From contig BCGN01000001.1 of the NCBI GenBank assembly GCA_001599295.1, forward strand, positions 1,798,001 through 1,862,000: 64,000 nt of DNA, read 5' to 3'. This DNA comes from Sporopachydermia quercuum (lineage: Eukaryota). The notes below the pieces were generated by a model that ran no database searches, was not told the origin of the DNA, and saw only the letters and a list, made by a program, of their open reading frames with translations. Numbering within the stretch: position 1 is the first letter of the stretch; every line of letters starts with the position of its first letter. A program made the position numbers and the translations under genes. Positions 1 to 12,100 of the stretch are shown in pieces.

Positions 1-1
1 A

Positions 2-1336
2 GAAAGCAGATTAGCTAGTCAAATAGAACAGCACGGACTCTCTAGTGATTCGGCATTTATAGCAGAATATGTTACAGTATTGTTAGCTAATCAAAGACCT
101 AAAGAAGAGATCGTATCGGAGTTGACGGGGTTGGTTGGTGATGGAACTGCAAGTACTATAGCTGATTTCGCTGTAGCAGAGTTGAGTAATGTTCAACATG
201 GCACTTCTAACTCGCAAATCCAGAACGATTCATCTACCGCCAAAAGTGCCAATGAGAATGAAAATACAGGTCTTGTTTATGGTGTTCCAGCAAAGGCTTT
301 AGATGAAATAATTGCAGAAACTAGCGTCAGATCTAATAGCAAATTCAATAATAATTATGGAACTTCTAGAGGTGGAATTTCAAAAAATCGGAAAGGAGGA
401 AATCAAACCATTAATAGAAATAAAGCTATGGTTGCTGGAATGTTCGATAATGCTAATTCTGGAAGTTTTGGTAGTAACAACGATAACAGTAGCAATACTA
501 CTGTCGTGAAAGTTAGAGAACGATGTCGGCATTGGCCAGGATGTAACTATCCCAATTGCAAATTTATACATCCTACAAAACGTTGCCACGCATACCCAAA
601 TTGTACCCGACTTAATGGTACTTGCACATTTTTGCATCCTGAGGATGATCTCATCCTTTCGCAATATCAACTGAACATGATGAATAATATGATGAGTAAT
701 CAGTTTCAACAAGCTAATAATTACAATAACTCATATAGTAACAAGGATTACAAGAACAATTCTAATAACCATCACAATAACAATAGCAGCAATAGTAACA
801 GCAATTATTTAAACCATCAAAATCAAACTGCTCAACATGAAGAATCAAAACTCAATAGATGCAAGTTTGCCAATAAATGTGCCAACTCCATATGTACAGC
901 TTTACATCCATCACCAGAAGCTGAAGATGGCTTTGAAATAACTGACAGTACATGGTGCCCGCAAGGTATCAAGTGTACCAATAAAACCTGTCGTATGAGT
1001 CATCCTTCACCTAGTATTATCAGGAAAATTATCCCTAAATCTCAAGAAAAAGTCTTAGAGCAGTGCAGATTTTTGGCTAACTGTACTAATCCTGTGTGTC
1101 GATATAGACATCCTAGATCAACTGTTCTGTGCAGAGATGGTTCAAATTGTCAAAGAATTGACTGTTTGTTTTCTCATCCATTCCCTACTGAATGCAAATT
1201 CAGAGCTAATTGCAGAAATACTTATTGTCTGTATGAACACCCACCGGAGCGTGAGACTTTAATAGAAAAAAATAGCGCAAATTGGGTCAAACAGGATANT
1301 CAAGCTGCTATGCAAACTGATACTCCAGTCGCATGA
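2..1336 (+). CDS. NAB2: Nuclear poly(A)-binding protein Nab2 (5' end lies left of the window)
   Basis: Frame open from position 2 (ESRLASQIEQHGLSSDSAFIAEYVTVLLANQRPK, PWI-like N-domain); seven tandem CCCH zinc fingers (e.g. CRHWPGCNYPNCKFIH, CKFRANCRNTYCLYEH); N/Q-rich linker. Confidence 0.88.
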   Translation, partial: ESRLASQIEQHGLSSDSAFIAEYVTVLLANQRPKEEIVSELTGLVGDGTASTIADFAVAELSNVQHGTSNSQIQNDSSTAKSANENENTGLVYGVPAKALDEIIAETSVRSNSKFNNNYGTSRGGISKNRKGGNQTINRNKAMVAGMFDNANSGSFGSNNDNSSNTTVVKVRERCRHWPGCNYPNCKFIHPTKRCHAYPNCTRLNGTCTFLHPEDDLILSQYQLNMMNNMMSNQFQQANNYNNSYSNKDYKNNSNNHHNNNSSNSNSNYLNHQNQTAQHEESKLNRCKFANKCANSICTALHPSPEAEDGFEITDSTWCPQGIKCTNKTCRMSHPSPSIIRKIIPKSQEKVLEQCRFLANCTNPVCRYRHPRSTVLCRDGSNCQRIDCLFSHPFPTECKFRANCRNTYCLYEHPPERETLIEKNSANWVKQDXQAAMQTDTPVA

Positions 1337-1712
1337 AAGTATTTTCAATGTTCGATGTTTAACATGTGCTGTATTATATAAACCTATATACTGTATTTAT
1401 GCATTATTGATCTCAATCAAATTATTAAAGTTGACGAGAAACACAATTGATGAAACCACGTCAGTATTAAACTCTTTATTGCTAATTATTCAGACTTATC
1501 AAAGTCAGTACAAAGTAACTACACAGGTTCATTATTGAATACTGGACATTCAGCTGTCTTTATTTATTCTAATCAAACCTATAAACATGCAATCACATTC
1601 CAATGAATTGTCTTTTATTATTTTTTGCTTCAAAGTTTGGTAACAGAACCTAATTGTTAACCTATCCTACAATAATTCACCCTAGCCATAAATCATGAAC
1701 TCATATTTTCAA

Positions 1713-2067
1713 TTAATTCTGAGAAACAGCAGTAGCTGTATTTACACGCAGATGCTGTAAATACTTTTCAGCAGCGCGCTCTGCTTCCGTTCTTTCAGCA
1801 TCGCTCAGCCTTCTTTTCAGTAGACTTATTGTGCTATTCGATAGGCGTCTAAAGGTACTTCGTTAGAAAAATCGTCAAAAGGTGAACTTATTATTGAACT
1901 TATTTTCTTAGCAATGAGTATCTGCATCCTCCTGCGATACCAGAATCCTTTGAAAAGTAATTAAACACTTACTTTGAATATTCTTCTTCAAGCTCATTTC
2001 TCTGTCTTAAACTGTTACTGCTGTTTATACTGAAAACATCAGTTGAATCAATTGTAGTGTGGACCAT
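1713..2067 (-). CDS. Putative 76-aa two-exon microprotein of unknown function (exons 2067-1973, 1848-1713)
   Basis: ATG at 2067; intron 1972-1849 GTAAGT...TTCTAAC-gaagtaccttTAG; spliced frame open to TAA: MVHTTIDSTDVFSINSSNSLRQRNELEEEYSKRLSNSTISLLKRRLSDAERTEAERAAEKYLQHLRVNTATAVSQN. Confidence 0.65.
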
Positions 2068-3818
2068 TATGTAAAAGTGCAGCAATAATATAAATATATC
2101 TTTATCTGTTGGCGAATTTCTTACGACCGTAGCGAACACTAGAAGTTTAGTATAAAATATCCCTGATGTTCTGAGTTAGAAAGTATTCTTACCATATGAT
2201 CATCAGCAAGAAGAAGGATCTCACTTATTTATATATCTATTCTTGTTTTCAATTATATCAAGAGAAATAAATATGGGTTAGATTATTCATTTCTATGAGA
2301 ATGGTAGATTGGGGGCACTATAAAGTTTAGATAAACTTTTTTTCTTAAACTTAAATTTAAGGTTTTATTCTTAATGAAAAAATGGAGGAGATGCACCAAG
2401 ATACTCAATAATGGGTCATTTGACTCATACAATCTATATCTACCAACTAATTACAATAATTCAAATAACAGAAAAGTCGTATAATCAGTAGTCAACAACC
2501 CCTTCTTTGATAAAATTCTATTAGGACGCAGATAGTGAAGAATAATATTCATCAAAATCGCTCCATCTTGCTGTTCAGTTAATATTCATATTGAATTATT
2601 ATTCTACATTTTGTCCGAAATTGGAAGTTAATTCTTTCCTTTTTGACACATCAGGGGGAACAATGTGATCACTCTACCAAATTTTTATTTTTGATTATAT
2701 ATTCTTTAACCAAAAGCAGAAAGCAAAAAGTTTCCATGCATGAAAATGACGTTTATACTGGCTTAATTTTGAAAACAATGTGGAATAAACTGTCTACATC
2801 TGCAATATGATGGCATTATATGCAAGTGAAGCTTTCTAGGTCAATCTTATTTGAAACTGAATAATGACTTTTGCACATTTACTTAATATGAGAGAACCAC
2901 GAAAGCATATGGGTCTTGAATAATAAAGGCTATTAACTAGTACATCATAATCAAATTTGTCTCTAATATTGAAAACATCTGTGATTCAATAAATGTAATT
3001 ACACATTTTCCATTATCCACATGGAATTGGGATTAATATGTTTCTAATAAGTTTGTTTTTGTCCAATTGGTCATTATCATTAAAGGAAATAATGAAGAAA
3101 CAATACTAAATCAACTAAGAAATTTTATAAATATAGTCAACAATTTAATTATTAAATCATTAGTTATTAGAAGATAATTAATATGGTAATAAAATGTAAA
3201 GTATATGTGATGTTGCTCTGTGTAAACACTTTTTGCTTCTTTCGATCTCAACGTCAAAAGGTGACAAAAAATGATTCCTTAGTATGTTTTCTACAGAATA
3301 ATAAAAAAATCGATCATAGTTTCAGTTCTTCAATCTCTAGTATCTATGTGTGATGTCATATTGAATCAAACTCTCAAGCTTTTGGACATACTCAAATGTT
3401 CTGTTCCATCAATTATAGAGCAAAGACTTTCTAAATGTCCATATTTTCATCCTGCAACATAGTTCTTGTTCATAAGCAGAATCTATTTTGCTTGTTCAAA
3501 TTGCTCCTTAATACCAAATAGCAATTGACAACAATTTAATTGGGCTTCCCAAGTTCGCTGACATTCATGTATGTATTTTCAATCTATATTTGAGAGCAAA
3601 GTAACACATAATATATGCGTCAGATCTATATTGATTATACGTTGAATACATTGTGTTGAATAAATAAATAATCTGCGAAAGAAAAAATATATATAAATAG
3701 CTACTACAGTGATAAACAAACTGTTCGAATGAAGTAGTTGCCTAGAAAGTTTTCAACCTCATCGTTCCAACAAGTGCAATTTACTCCCGTCAGTGGATAA
3801 TTTCTTCCATGGCATCAA

Positions 3819-5196
3819 TCAAAATTTGAACACTTGATCCTTACTATAACCAAGTTCTGCTAAAATGCCAGTAAGTTCACCTTGATCGGTGGGAGAAACT
3901 TTCAATCCTGATAACGCTTGATAAAATGGTGGAGGTCCGCACACAAAGATTTTAGCCTTCTCTGTGGATGGATCAAAAATTGTTTCTTTCAAAAATTCTT
4001 TAGTGACAAACCCAGTGTGACCTTTCCACTCAGGTGAAGTTGTTTTATCAACGAAATACTCCACTCTCAATTGTTTTGGATATAAGAAGGCTAGCCTATC
4101 NAGTTCTTTCTTGAGAATGATATCTTCTTCAGATTTATTACCATAAATCAATGTTATCTTGCCTTTATCTAAAGGATTGAATAAAATACCTTGCATCAAT
4201 TGATCTGATTATACCGTTAGTAAATCAATTCGACAAGAAGCTATATATATAATTGTTCCATTGCCCTGCTGTGCTCATATAAGAACTATTATGATTCCTC
4301 TAGACTTACAAAGTGGAGTAATACCTGCACCAGCACCAATTAATACAGTATCAAGAATTTCACCAACTTTCCATGGATATTTTCTAATAGGGCCTTGGAA
4401 TGCTAATGTATCATCAGGCTTCATATTACTTATATGCTTCGAAACCACGCCGTTTGGATACTCCTTCACAACTAGTTCTAAATATCCAACCTTGTTAAAC
4501 TCAGACACTGGTGTGTAAGGTCGGATTATGTCTTTACCATCAGGGCCAGGAATTTTAACAAATAAGGCTGATGCTAATTGTAGTCCAGCGACATGTTTCT
4601 TGGTAGGTAATGCAAACCTATATCTTTTGGTATTGTGAGTAATAGGTTCTGCTGTCTCAAGCTATGGTATATGTGTTCGTTAGTAAGGCGTTTGATTGGA
4701 GTGTAGGCAATACCATGAGCCAAAGCCTACGAAGATAAAGGTTTTGAGAGTCCCCAAAACTAGAGCTTAGTATTACAAGAATGAATTGGCATCAACTGTC
4801 TCGCAAAATCATCCTTTGTATTCTTCTTTCTTACCTTCAAATCAATCCATTCATTAGCATTTGTAAATGTCTTAGGTCCTAATGCATGATCAGCCAGGCT
4901 GAAGTTTCTAATCAAATGACGCTTTATTAATTGTTAATAAAACACAAGAATACTTAAAATTAAAACGACAAAAAAAATAACTATGAGAATAGTGTTTAAA
5001 TAAATAACTGTTTCTCTTTATCGATTCTGTGATAATATATGAATGAATAATCTATCACCTCTTTTCATCCATAAACCAGTACTCATCATATTAATCATCA
5101 TAGTCAATCGTATCTTTTCCACTTCAGTCAAAGTAACCAACTTACATCAATCAATGACAATCTATTAGTAGCGTTCGATTTAGTAGCAAGAAACAT
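3819..5196 (-). CDS. MCR1: NADH-cytochrome b5 reductase, MCR1 type, 291-aa PTS2-bearing isoform (exons 5196-5146, 4921-4835, 4661-4310, 4204-3819)
   Basis: FAD motif RPYTP, NADH motifs GAGITPL|YQ and FVCGPP, C-terminal LAELGYSKDQVFKF; introns 4309-4205 (GTAAGT..TACTAAC..CAG), 4834-4662 (GTAAGA..TACTAAC..TAG), 5145-4922 (GTAAGT..TATTAAC..AAG). Family call strong, first-exon choice inferred. Confidence 0.85.
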
Positions 5197-5674
5197 TGTA
5201 CCTTCTTTATCTTCACTATAATCACCAATTCAAATCGTTATTACTGTTCTATAAGTATATTATAGTATACTACTAGTATCTTTCAATCTATCTCTAATGG
5301 CTATCAATAGAATCAATATATGTAGTTAATCAATAACAAGAATAATAAATAAGATGACTCCATATATTCAAAATAAAAAGCAGACATTTCATTCGACTGA
5401 AAACAAAATCTCTATTTCGATGAAACCGGAGCAATCTACTCGTTCCGTTCATTCCTCATTTATGCCTCATAATATTCCCACCCCTTATTCCTTCCATGGC
5501 TTGTTTAGCTTCGTAAGAGTATGGTGAGGCTGGAGGTGATGGACTAGGGAACAACGGAAGTGAAATGTAGGTCATTAATAAATGATTGCTTATTAGATGA
5601 GATGAATCTTGTAAAAAAAGAACTTTTGTTTGTAGATAGCAATAGATACGGAAATTAAGTATATTAGCACTTAC

Positions 5675-5691
5675 GTTTTGGAATTTGTCAT
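5675..5691 (-). CDS. Alternative upstream first exon of the b5 reductase (MTNSKT), phase 2
   Basis: acaATG ACA AAT TCC AAA AC|GTAAGT; in frame with the TAG acceptor at 4908 (275-aa product) or the TAG acceptor at 5162. Confidence 0.55.
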
Positions 5692-5926
5692 TGTTGATAG
5701 TGATTTTCTGGGATGGGTTGTCTGTTGAACCAACTGTTTAATTCTAAAAGCAAGTTTACCTTTTCTTGGATTAAAAGAATAACTGAATAAAAGGAAAACT
5801 ATCATTAGTCCTCCGTGGTATTAAATATATGAACAAAAAGTTCCATTCTTATAAGGTAATTTATTGGTAGAAATAGGATTCTCACCAAGCAAAGTTGATT
5901 GAGTTATTTAGCTCATTGATTTCTTA

Positions 5927-5932
5927 CCTCGG
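5927..5932 (-). promoter_or_regulatory. CCGAGG (FarA/Ctf1/Por1-type fatty-acid response element) upstream of the b5 reductase
   Basis: CCTCGG on +, about 235 bp upstream of the ATG at 5691; single hexamer match only. Confidence 0.3.
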
Positions 5933-6707
5933 AAGAAACTCCCATATTGGTGTCAAAACCAAATGAATGGTGTGATTCTACATAAATACATACTTTGAAA
6001 GATGTTATCTCCGTCGAATATATTGATTACATACTTATAGAGGTAGTTGAAACAAAAAAATCCATTATTTAACATAGAATAATAGTTGCTATTTCGTTGA
6101 ATTCATTAGATTGAAATAATACAAAGCTTCAATGAACTACTTGGCAATCAATAGCCGATGATCACACTGATAGTTAGGTATGAAGCATGGAGAGATTGTG
6201 GGAAGGAAAGTATGCGATACTATGAGCTAACATTAATATGATATACGCGCTGTATTTTTTTATGAAAGTCCAATAATAAGACTTTGATATTTTAATTTAT
6301 ATTTGTTTTGTCAAAGAGTATTAGTTCGGAGTCTTACGAAGCTGTGAGAAGAATGAAGAAGAGAATCGCCAATTATCACATCAAACCTATCAATCGGCAA
6401 GGGGTGTGCATATTACTGCATGTTCTGCATATGATCTAACTTAATTCGTCTTCCCTCTAGCACTTTTCTATTTTTATTGAGACAACGAAATAATTTCTGT
6501 TTATCATAAATATTATAGAAAAACAATCCTAGTATCAACTCGCTTGGGAACATCAACAAGTTTATTGATCAAATCAATTACAATCCTGTCATTATTTATT
6601 TAGAGCAAGCCTGACTTGCTCTTTCTCTGTTTCCGTTCCCTTCTCATTAATCTACGGAGCCTGTCATTTCTCTACTAATACTTCATAGCTATCACATCTA
6701 ATAAACA

Positions 6708-7881
6708 ATGTCACGAAATAAAGAAAAATCACAGTCTATGCTGTATAGATTCAAAGAACAACAAGCTGCTGAACTAGGTATTGTTGATATCGGAAGAACT
6801 CAAAGACCACGAAGAGTGGAAACTGTCGATAGTGTTGCAATGTGTGAGAAATGGAGAGGACAAGTTATAAGAGATATTAGCTGGAAAGTAACCAAGATTC
6901 AAGATGGTATGTTATTAGATTATGCTATTATATCAAGTATATACATTGGAAAGAAGAAGAAAAGAAGCATTTGATGATTAAAAAGACGTTAGAATTAAAG
7001 CGAGAAATATCTTGTTTTTACTGTTCATCTATTTGCTGTTTGGTTGTTCAACTCTTTGAATGTTGTAAAAAATAATTAGCTCCACTACTCAACTGATCTA
7101 GTCTTTCTACTGTTGCTTTAACATCGATTTCTTTCTGGACAAAAGCTTTTATTTCACTTATAACAATTTAATCAATATTCCTTACTAACTGGAATCTAGA
7201 ATCACTCACTGATTTTCAAATCCGAGATCTCAATGATGAAATCAATAAACTAATGAGAGAGAAACATGCATGGGAAATACGGATAAAAGATCTAGGTGGG
7301 CCAAATTATATTGTAAGTAGCTACTTATGCTGTTATTCGGATATCTATGATATTTCTGTCTTTTTATTCATGCATTCACATATGAAATTATTCATGGTTA
7401 CTAACACCAGNCTCGCGGTAAATAGAGATTTGCAAGACACACTATTGAAAATGGTGATCCGGTTCCAATGGTCAAAGGGTATCGTTATTTCGGTAGAGCA
7501 AAAGAACTTCCTGGAGTGAAAGAAATACTGGAAGCTCAGAAACAGAAGTTAAAAGATCAATTAAATGGAGAATACAGTAAAGAGTCTGAAAAGAAAAAGC
7601 AATTATCGTTCATGAAATATAAGCTAGACGCTGAGTATTTTGGTTTTGACGAAGAGGATGATGAAATAGATGATGAACTGGATAAAGGAGAAGAAATGAA
7701 ACTTTCAAGAAGAAGGTATGAAATGGTGTCAACGCAGTATTCACAGTCAAAATTAACAGGTTTTGATATATCAACGTTTGAACCAATACAGGAAGATGTT
7801 TGTAAGATACCGAATCAAAGTGACGTAGAGAGATGGTTGGTAGAAAGAGAGAAAAAAAAGCTAAGAGATAGACTATTATGA
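6708..7881 (+). CDS. ISY1: Pre-mRNA splicing factor Isy1 (exons 6708-6906, 7200-7312, 7426-7881)
   Basis: [57 protein letters not shown]; introns 6907-7199 (GTATGT..TACTAAC..TAG) and 7313-7425 (GTAAGT..TACTAAC..TAG). Confidence 0.93.
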
Positions 7882-9120
7882 TATGAAAGGTTTCTCAGAA
7901 TATATTTGAATATTGTAATCATCGTTATCATAAGATTGATTATCACTATCAATAAAAACCAACATGTTTCTACCGGAGATATCATGGTCACAATAACGTC
8001 TAGTCTAACTAATGATTAAACATAACACGATTTCACTAAACTTGTTGAAGAGACTCAATGGTTATAGCAGGTTCTTTATCCATGTTGAATACTCGGTCGC
8101 TCCGCATCCTCACCAATTAAAACACTTATTAATACCTTTTTCATATAGACGTGATCTTCTAAATGAAGATTATCTCATCAAATTAAATCACCTTGAGCAG
8201 CATGGCAACCATTGAGAGTATTAAGTGTTCAGGTAGGCGACCAAATTGGCTGTGAGCGAAGATCATGTCACAATAGAGTTGTTCTACTTCTAGGAATCAG
8301 AATTCGTCACAATCTATTAAGTATTATTATCTTGTTTGTTAGGTCATAATGTTATATTTTTATAAGTGTATAATAGAAATAAGGATCAGAANAGCAATTT
8401 GAACATATGATAAATGTTCTACAGCATATTTATTGAATACGTTTTCGAATTGAATCATAGTAAAAAGAACGTGAGACGGCGCACCTCAATAGAAGATAAT
8501 ACTCTCATTGACTTCTTTTTCTGCAAATTGGTGATATTATCACAGGATACTTAATGTATTATATGAAACAACTATATATAACAAGTATCTATGCATATAG
8601 ATACATTCATAGNTATGTTCATCTGTGTTCATAATTAGGCACCATTAGTATATTTTATACCCAAACCCTCCAAAAGTAAAATGAAATAATGAATAAAAGG
8701 AACTACATATAAGAGCTGCAATCAAATCCATTAGCTTAAATCGGCTAAAATCTTGATATTGAATAGGTATTATCAAATAAGAAATAAAGCAAGACAGTAC
8801 TAAACGAGCCAGTCAGTAATTTAGAGCCCAATACTAGAAGAAAGAGCCTAATAAGCAAGAGTCTTGCTCTCGCACTATTTATTCAACAGAAGATATAAAG
8901 CGTTCTAACGACAATTCATCAGTCCCTACTATTCATGTGTAAGCAATAAAACTACCAGAGTGTCTTGTTCCAAAAACCAACAGAAACCAAGTAACTGATA
9001 ACAACTGACACTAAATAACAGTCACACATTTATATCGATTACTTGGTCTGAAATTATCAGTATCAACTATTAATTATTCACTCACACTGGTGATTCAGCA
9101 TTTTATCACTCCCTTTCTCA

Positions 9121-12100
9121 CTAAGCAAAGAACAATGCTACTTTCTTAACAAATCTACTGAAAGATATTGGTAATCCTGAATCCTCTTCCTCCCATATAA
9201 TTCTGTCAATTTCTCTTCGCCCTGTATCTAAATCCAATTGGTCAAGTTTCTTGATCTTTGTTTGCTTCAGCACTTTGTATCCAACATAGAAAATAATAAA
9301 TGCAATGAGGGCTCCATAACTTGAGAAGAAGAATGCAACATTCCAACCACCAGGTAAGAAAACAATGAAACCNGCAAATAATACTAGCAGAAAGCCACCA
9401 ATCATACCAATATATGCCAGTAACGGTTGAAACGGAGCCTTATAAGGATACAAAGGAGAATTCCTTGAAATGATATCTTGTCTTTTATTCAAACCATGAT
9501 AGAATCTAATAAATGCAAGACACATTCCCGACCAAACCAATAATCCTGCTGTAGTGCAGACACTCATCAATCTTTGAAAGATTATTGTGGTGCTATAAGA
9601 TACAGATAAATAAGACAGTAAGCCAAAAGACCCAGAAAACAGCACAGCAGTATATGGAACTCCTGATTTGGAGCTCCATGAAAAGAAGCTTGGAATCTTG
9701 CCTTGAATTGATAATGAGTATAAGGTTCTACTAGCAGCATACAATTGTGAAGATCCTGCACTTATAGCAAAGAAAACTAAGAACCCATTAACAACTGAAG
9801 CAAAAGAACAAAGTCCTGCTGATTGTAAAGCAATAATCCAAGGACTTTGATTACCATTAGCAAATGATCCCCAAACAATAATTTGCGTATTACATAATGA
9901 AGCATCAGGTGTGTTTTCTAAATTATGAGGAACTAGAACGTCAGTATTATCAAAAAATCTCAATAGCCTATCATCACCGGAGTAGAAATTAAGCCCAACT
10001 GCAAATATACCAATTATATAAAAGAATATGATTCTCCAGAAGATTCTTCTAGTAGCTGATGGCAGAGCTTTTCTTGGGTTTCTTGCTTCTCCTGCTGCCA
10101 CACATACAATCTCCGTTCCAACGTAAGCATATGATGCAACAGTTGTAGCAACCCATGTTGCTAAGAACCTACCTAATGCGCCGTCAATACCATCTAATGA
10201 ATCGTCGTTGTTTAGATAGTTGAATGTAGGTCGGAAAGGCCCATAATACATGTTTTCTATATGTTCTGATTTCGATGGTGACCAGTAAAGCATACCTACT
10301 TTTCTATGTTGAGGGGGGACACCACCTTGATTGAGCACGACCATGAAAATAATCATACTGATCAGTACTAATAGCTTCAGCAAACTTGAGTAATATTCAA
10401 CTTCTCCATATACTCTAACATCAAATACATTGATCAACAGTACAACAAATAAAAATAGTGTAATCCAGCCAGCTGCTGCAACAGATGGCACATCTAGCTG
10501 GGGATAATAACTAAGCATAATAGCAGCAGCGGTTAATTCGGTGGGAACTCCAATCGAATAAGAAATCCAATAAACAACACCTAAACTGAAACCAAACGCA
10601 TCATCTACAAATCTTGAACCAAGCGCACTTACACCTCCTGCAACAGGTATTAATGTTACCATTTCGCAGAAACTTAGCATAGCACATAATACAATCAAAC
10701 CAGCGATAGTAAAACCAATAAAAGCACCTAATGGGCCTGCAATATAAAACGCTTTCCCTGAAGCAAGAAATAACCCTACTCCTAATGTACCACCAAATGC
10801 AATCATCTGTAGATGTCTTGATTTGAGTTTTCTTTGAATTTCGTTATTATGACCGAAATGTCGATTCCTATTGACTGAACGCTTACCAGTAGATGTGTAG
10901 GTTATACCATTTCTTTCAAAATCCGCTTCATCTATTGGAACGCCATCAATGATATTTTCATTATTTATATTATCATTGCCATTGCCATTTATATTGCCGA
11001 AATATCCTTCTTCATTGATAGCATCAATACCTCCTCTAACGTCTGTAGAAGTAATCCGATAAGAAGCCTTAGCAGAATATAAACCACGATTATTAATTCT
11101 CGTATTAAAAAACCTACTGAGTCCTCCATTACTAACACTATTGTTGAACCGTTGTTCATCAATAGCATAAGGACCCGGTGCTGCATCAACTACAGCTGTG
11201 GAATGGGTTCTGTTACTTAGCTGAACGACTAAATTGGAATCATTATCAAATTCACTAACAGAAGCAGTTGATGTATATAGCTGTTTCTCGCCATCATTGT
11301 CTATTTCATTTGTCTTATTNGTTGTTTGAGTATTTTGTCTATCAAATAGATATCTATTGTCATGACTCTTATTTATTGTAGGAATGTTTCGTAGCTTCCT
11401 TTGAATTAGCTTTGCAGGATTTGGTAGACGTAGGATATTAAACGCAGAAGTTGACTTTCTCGTTAAATCCTTCTCAAGCTCTGTATCAATAAATTCGCCC
11501 TCATAGGCTTCTGGTAGTACGCCAACTTTCAAATGGCCACCATTCAGAGCACCGATTTTATTGTCGTTGTAGTTTCTCTGATCATTTGATGCTAGTTTAT
11601 CTTTCAGATATGCTTCCTTCTCTATTCTTGAGTTATATATATCAAAATCTGTCAAGCCTTCAGGATTGGAATCATGAACATCCGAAGTTATGTAATCCAC
11701 GTTATGGTTTGTAATTATATCATTATCACAATCGCTGGTAGTGTCGTTGCTTTCCCTGAATTCAATGCCTGAATGAGGTGTAGCATCTAAATTAATAGAT
11801 GACACAACACTATCATTTTTGGTATCAATACCTGTAGCAAATCGCTCACTTGAGTTATGATAATCTCTAACATTCTGATCGTCTCTTTCGTTACTATGTC
11901 GTTTCATAACCATAAAATGATCCTCGCTGGTGGAGTCATTATTGAACTCTCGATAATCAAAACTATCATAATATGAAGCTTCCCCTGATTGTTGTATCCA
12001 ATGCGCATCAGATGACTCAGTGTTCCCAAGCTCTTTCAAAACAGTAGAATCTATAGCTGATATCAAGTTAGCAAACTCATTTTCGCTAGGAGTATCTTTA

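Noticed and set aside
3759..3821. Stop-codon readthrough of the b5 reductase passes an in-frame SKL
   Set aside because: SKL is followed by HLLER before the next stop, so it is not terminal, and the stop context is TGA TTG, not TGA CTA.
6971..7097. Possible C/D snoRNA in ISY1 intron 1 (TTGATGA...CTGA)
   Set aside because: No convincing terminal stem or rRNA-complementary guide next to the D box that I could identify.
8012..8215. 67-aa ORF between ISY1 and SSY1
   Set aside because: No recognisable motif or splice support; expected by chance.
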